Shown in pieces: positions 62,568-64,000 of a stretch of DNA of 64,000 nt (position 1 is its first letter; every line of letters starts with the position of its first letter). Origin of the DNA: Microcoleus sp. (GTDB lineage: Bacteria > Cyanobacteriota > Cyanobacteriia > Cyanobacteriales > Microcoleaceae). Under the pieces are notes generated by a model that saw only the letters and a list, made by a program, of their open reading frames with translations, was not told the DNA's origin and ran no database searches. A program made the translations under genes and the position numbers. The stretch lies in assembly GCA_042408215.1 (NCBI GenBank), contig JAYFMW010000020.1:1-64000 (forward strand). The letters are read 5' to 3'.

Positions 62568-64000
62568 ATGAATCGATTTGACCGTCAGTTGTGGGATCGG
62601 TTTATTGCGATCGCCCAGCCTTATTTTTATCCTTTGGAGCCTGGGGGCGGCAGGACTTTTTTGGGATTAGTAGTGCTGTTGTTGATCTTTCTCTTCGCTG
62701 CAATGTTTTTTGCCGTCAGCGCTGTCTGTTTGCTAGGTCAAGCTTTTTTTCCAGAGTTTGTCAACAATATTGCGGCGGGCTTAGTTAGTTTGTTGCAAGG
62801 AATTATTAATTCGCCGGCAATTGTCATTATTGCTTTGATGCTAATTCTTCCTTTCAGCGCTTTTGTCTTTTTCAAAGGCCGATTGCTCCCCCATTGGCAA
62901 TCCTGGGCTTTATTGGCTTTATTGCTGTTATTGTCCCTCTCAGTCAGCGGTCTAAATGTAATAATTAGCTACGTCAGTAACTTTTTTGATACAGCACTGG
63001 CCAAGAAAGACCAGCTCAATTATTGGAAGTATCTTTTTGTCTATGCAGGCGTCTTTGTAGTCGGCACTCCCATTGTGGTAATTTACCGCTATACCCAAGA
63101 TAAATTGGGTCTCTACTGGCGGGAGTGGATGACTAATAAGTTCCTCGAAAAGTATTTTCACAATCGGGCTTATTACGCAATCAAATCCCACCAAGAAATC
63201 GACAATCCCGACCAGCGAATTTCTGAAGATGTCAGATCGTTTACCCGGACAAGTTTGGCATTTATGCTGATCGTACTGGGAGCAATAGTTGATATTATAT
63301 CTTTCACGGGTATCCTGTGGTCGATCTCAAAAGAACTTTCGATTTTCCTGATTGTCTATGCTATTTTAGGAACCACCGCCACTCTAGTTTTTGGTCAAAG
63401 ATTAGTACCTCTGAATTTCGAGCAAATTAAAAAAGAAGCTAACTTCCGCTACGGACTGGTTCACATTCGCGACAACGCCGAATCCATTGCTTTTTATAGA
63501 GGGGAGGAGCAGGAATCATTTCAAATAAAGCAGCGATTCGTGGAAGTATTCCGCAATTTTAATTTGCTAATTGGTTGGCAGCGGAATCTGGATTATTTCA
63601 CAACTGGATACGGATATGCTGTTGTGATTATTCCGGCTTTGTTTCTGGCTCCCGCTTACTTTACCGACCAAAGCGGTCACAATCCAGTTTGGAGATATCA
63701 GTCAAGCTGGTTTTGCTTTCAGTCAGGTTTTGCGCGCTTTTTCTGTGATTGTCAACCAAATTGAACCGCTCTCGTCTTTTGCGGCTAGTATCAATCGTTT
63801 GGCTATCTTTACAGATACTCTGGAACCGGAAAGATCAGTATCTCGTACAGGAGGAACTACCATAGATATAACGGTTGATTCGCAGTTGAAACTGGAACAC
63901 GTTACTTTAGATACTCCGAAACATCAAAAGACTTTAATTAGCGATTTGTCGGTAGCAGTGCAGCCTGGTGAAGGACTGTTAATTGTAGGTCAAAGCGGTG
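62568..64000 (+). CDS. ABCD/YddA-like fused ABC permease-ATPase (3'-truncated; apparent frameshift near 63675)
   Basis: DNPDQRI and AESIAFY. A shifted frame reads IQFGDISQAGFAF...LLIVGQSG into Walker A. Confidence 0.85.

Overview
Chromosomal window from a filamentous cyanobacterium, probably Oscillatoriales (Microcoleus/Tychonema-like). This assignment is inferred from dense HIP1 GCGATCGC sites, heptamer STRR arrays and gene content. Housekeeping genes include gpsA, dgdA, recO, deoC, pdxJ, Tab2, tldD/pmbA, bioF and a ClC channel. Also present are a phnCDE-like ABC transporter, two giant RTX proteins (one a frameshifted subtilase), three IS200/IS605 elements carrying tnpB and many small nested mobile repeats. 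Highlights: (1) a GLIC-like pentameric ligand-gated ion channel gene lies directly upstream of a two-receptor Wsp-type chemosensory cluster that lacks WspR, with a remnant of a second channel gene further upstream; (2) a 140-bp non-autonomous IS200/IS605-type element occurs twice, its ends obey the TnpA guide/cleavage rule, and one copy cleanly interrupts a HAD gene; (3) an unannotated 49-aa PirA-like gene has an NtcA box; (4) Fur-family-like boxes precede the phn-like transporter; (5) very long back-to-back heptamer arrays precede a glycosyltransferase. No rRNA, tRNA or CRISPR array was seen. All calls come from reading motifs by eye; no database searches were run.
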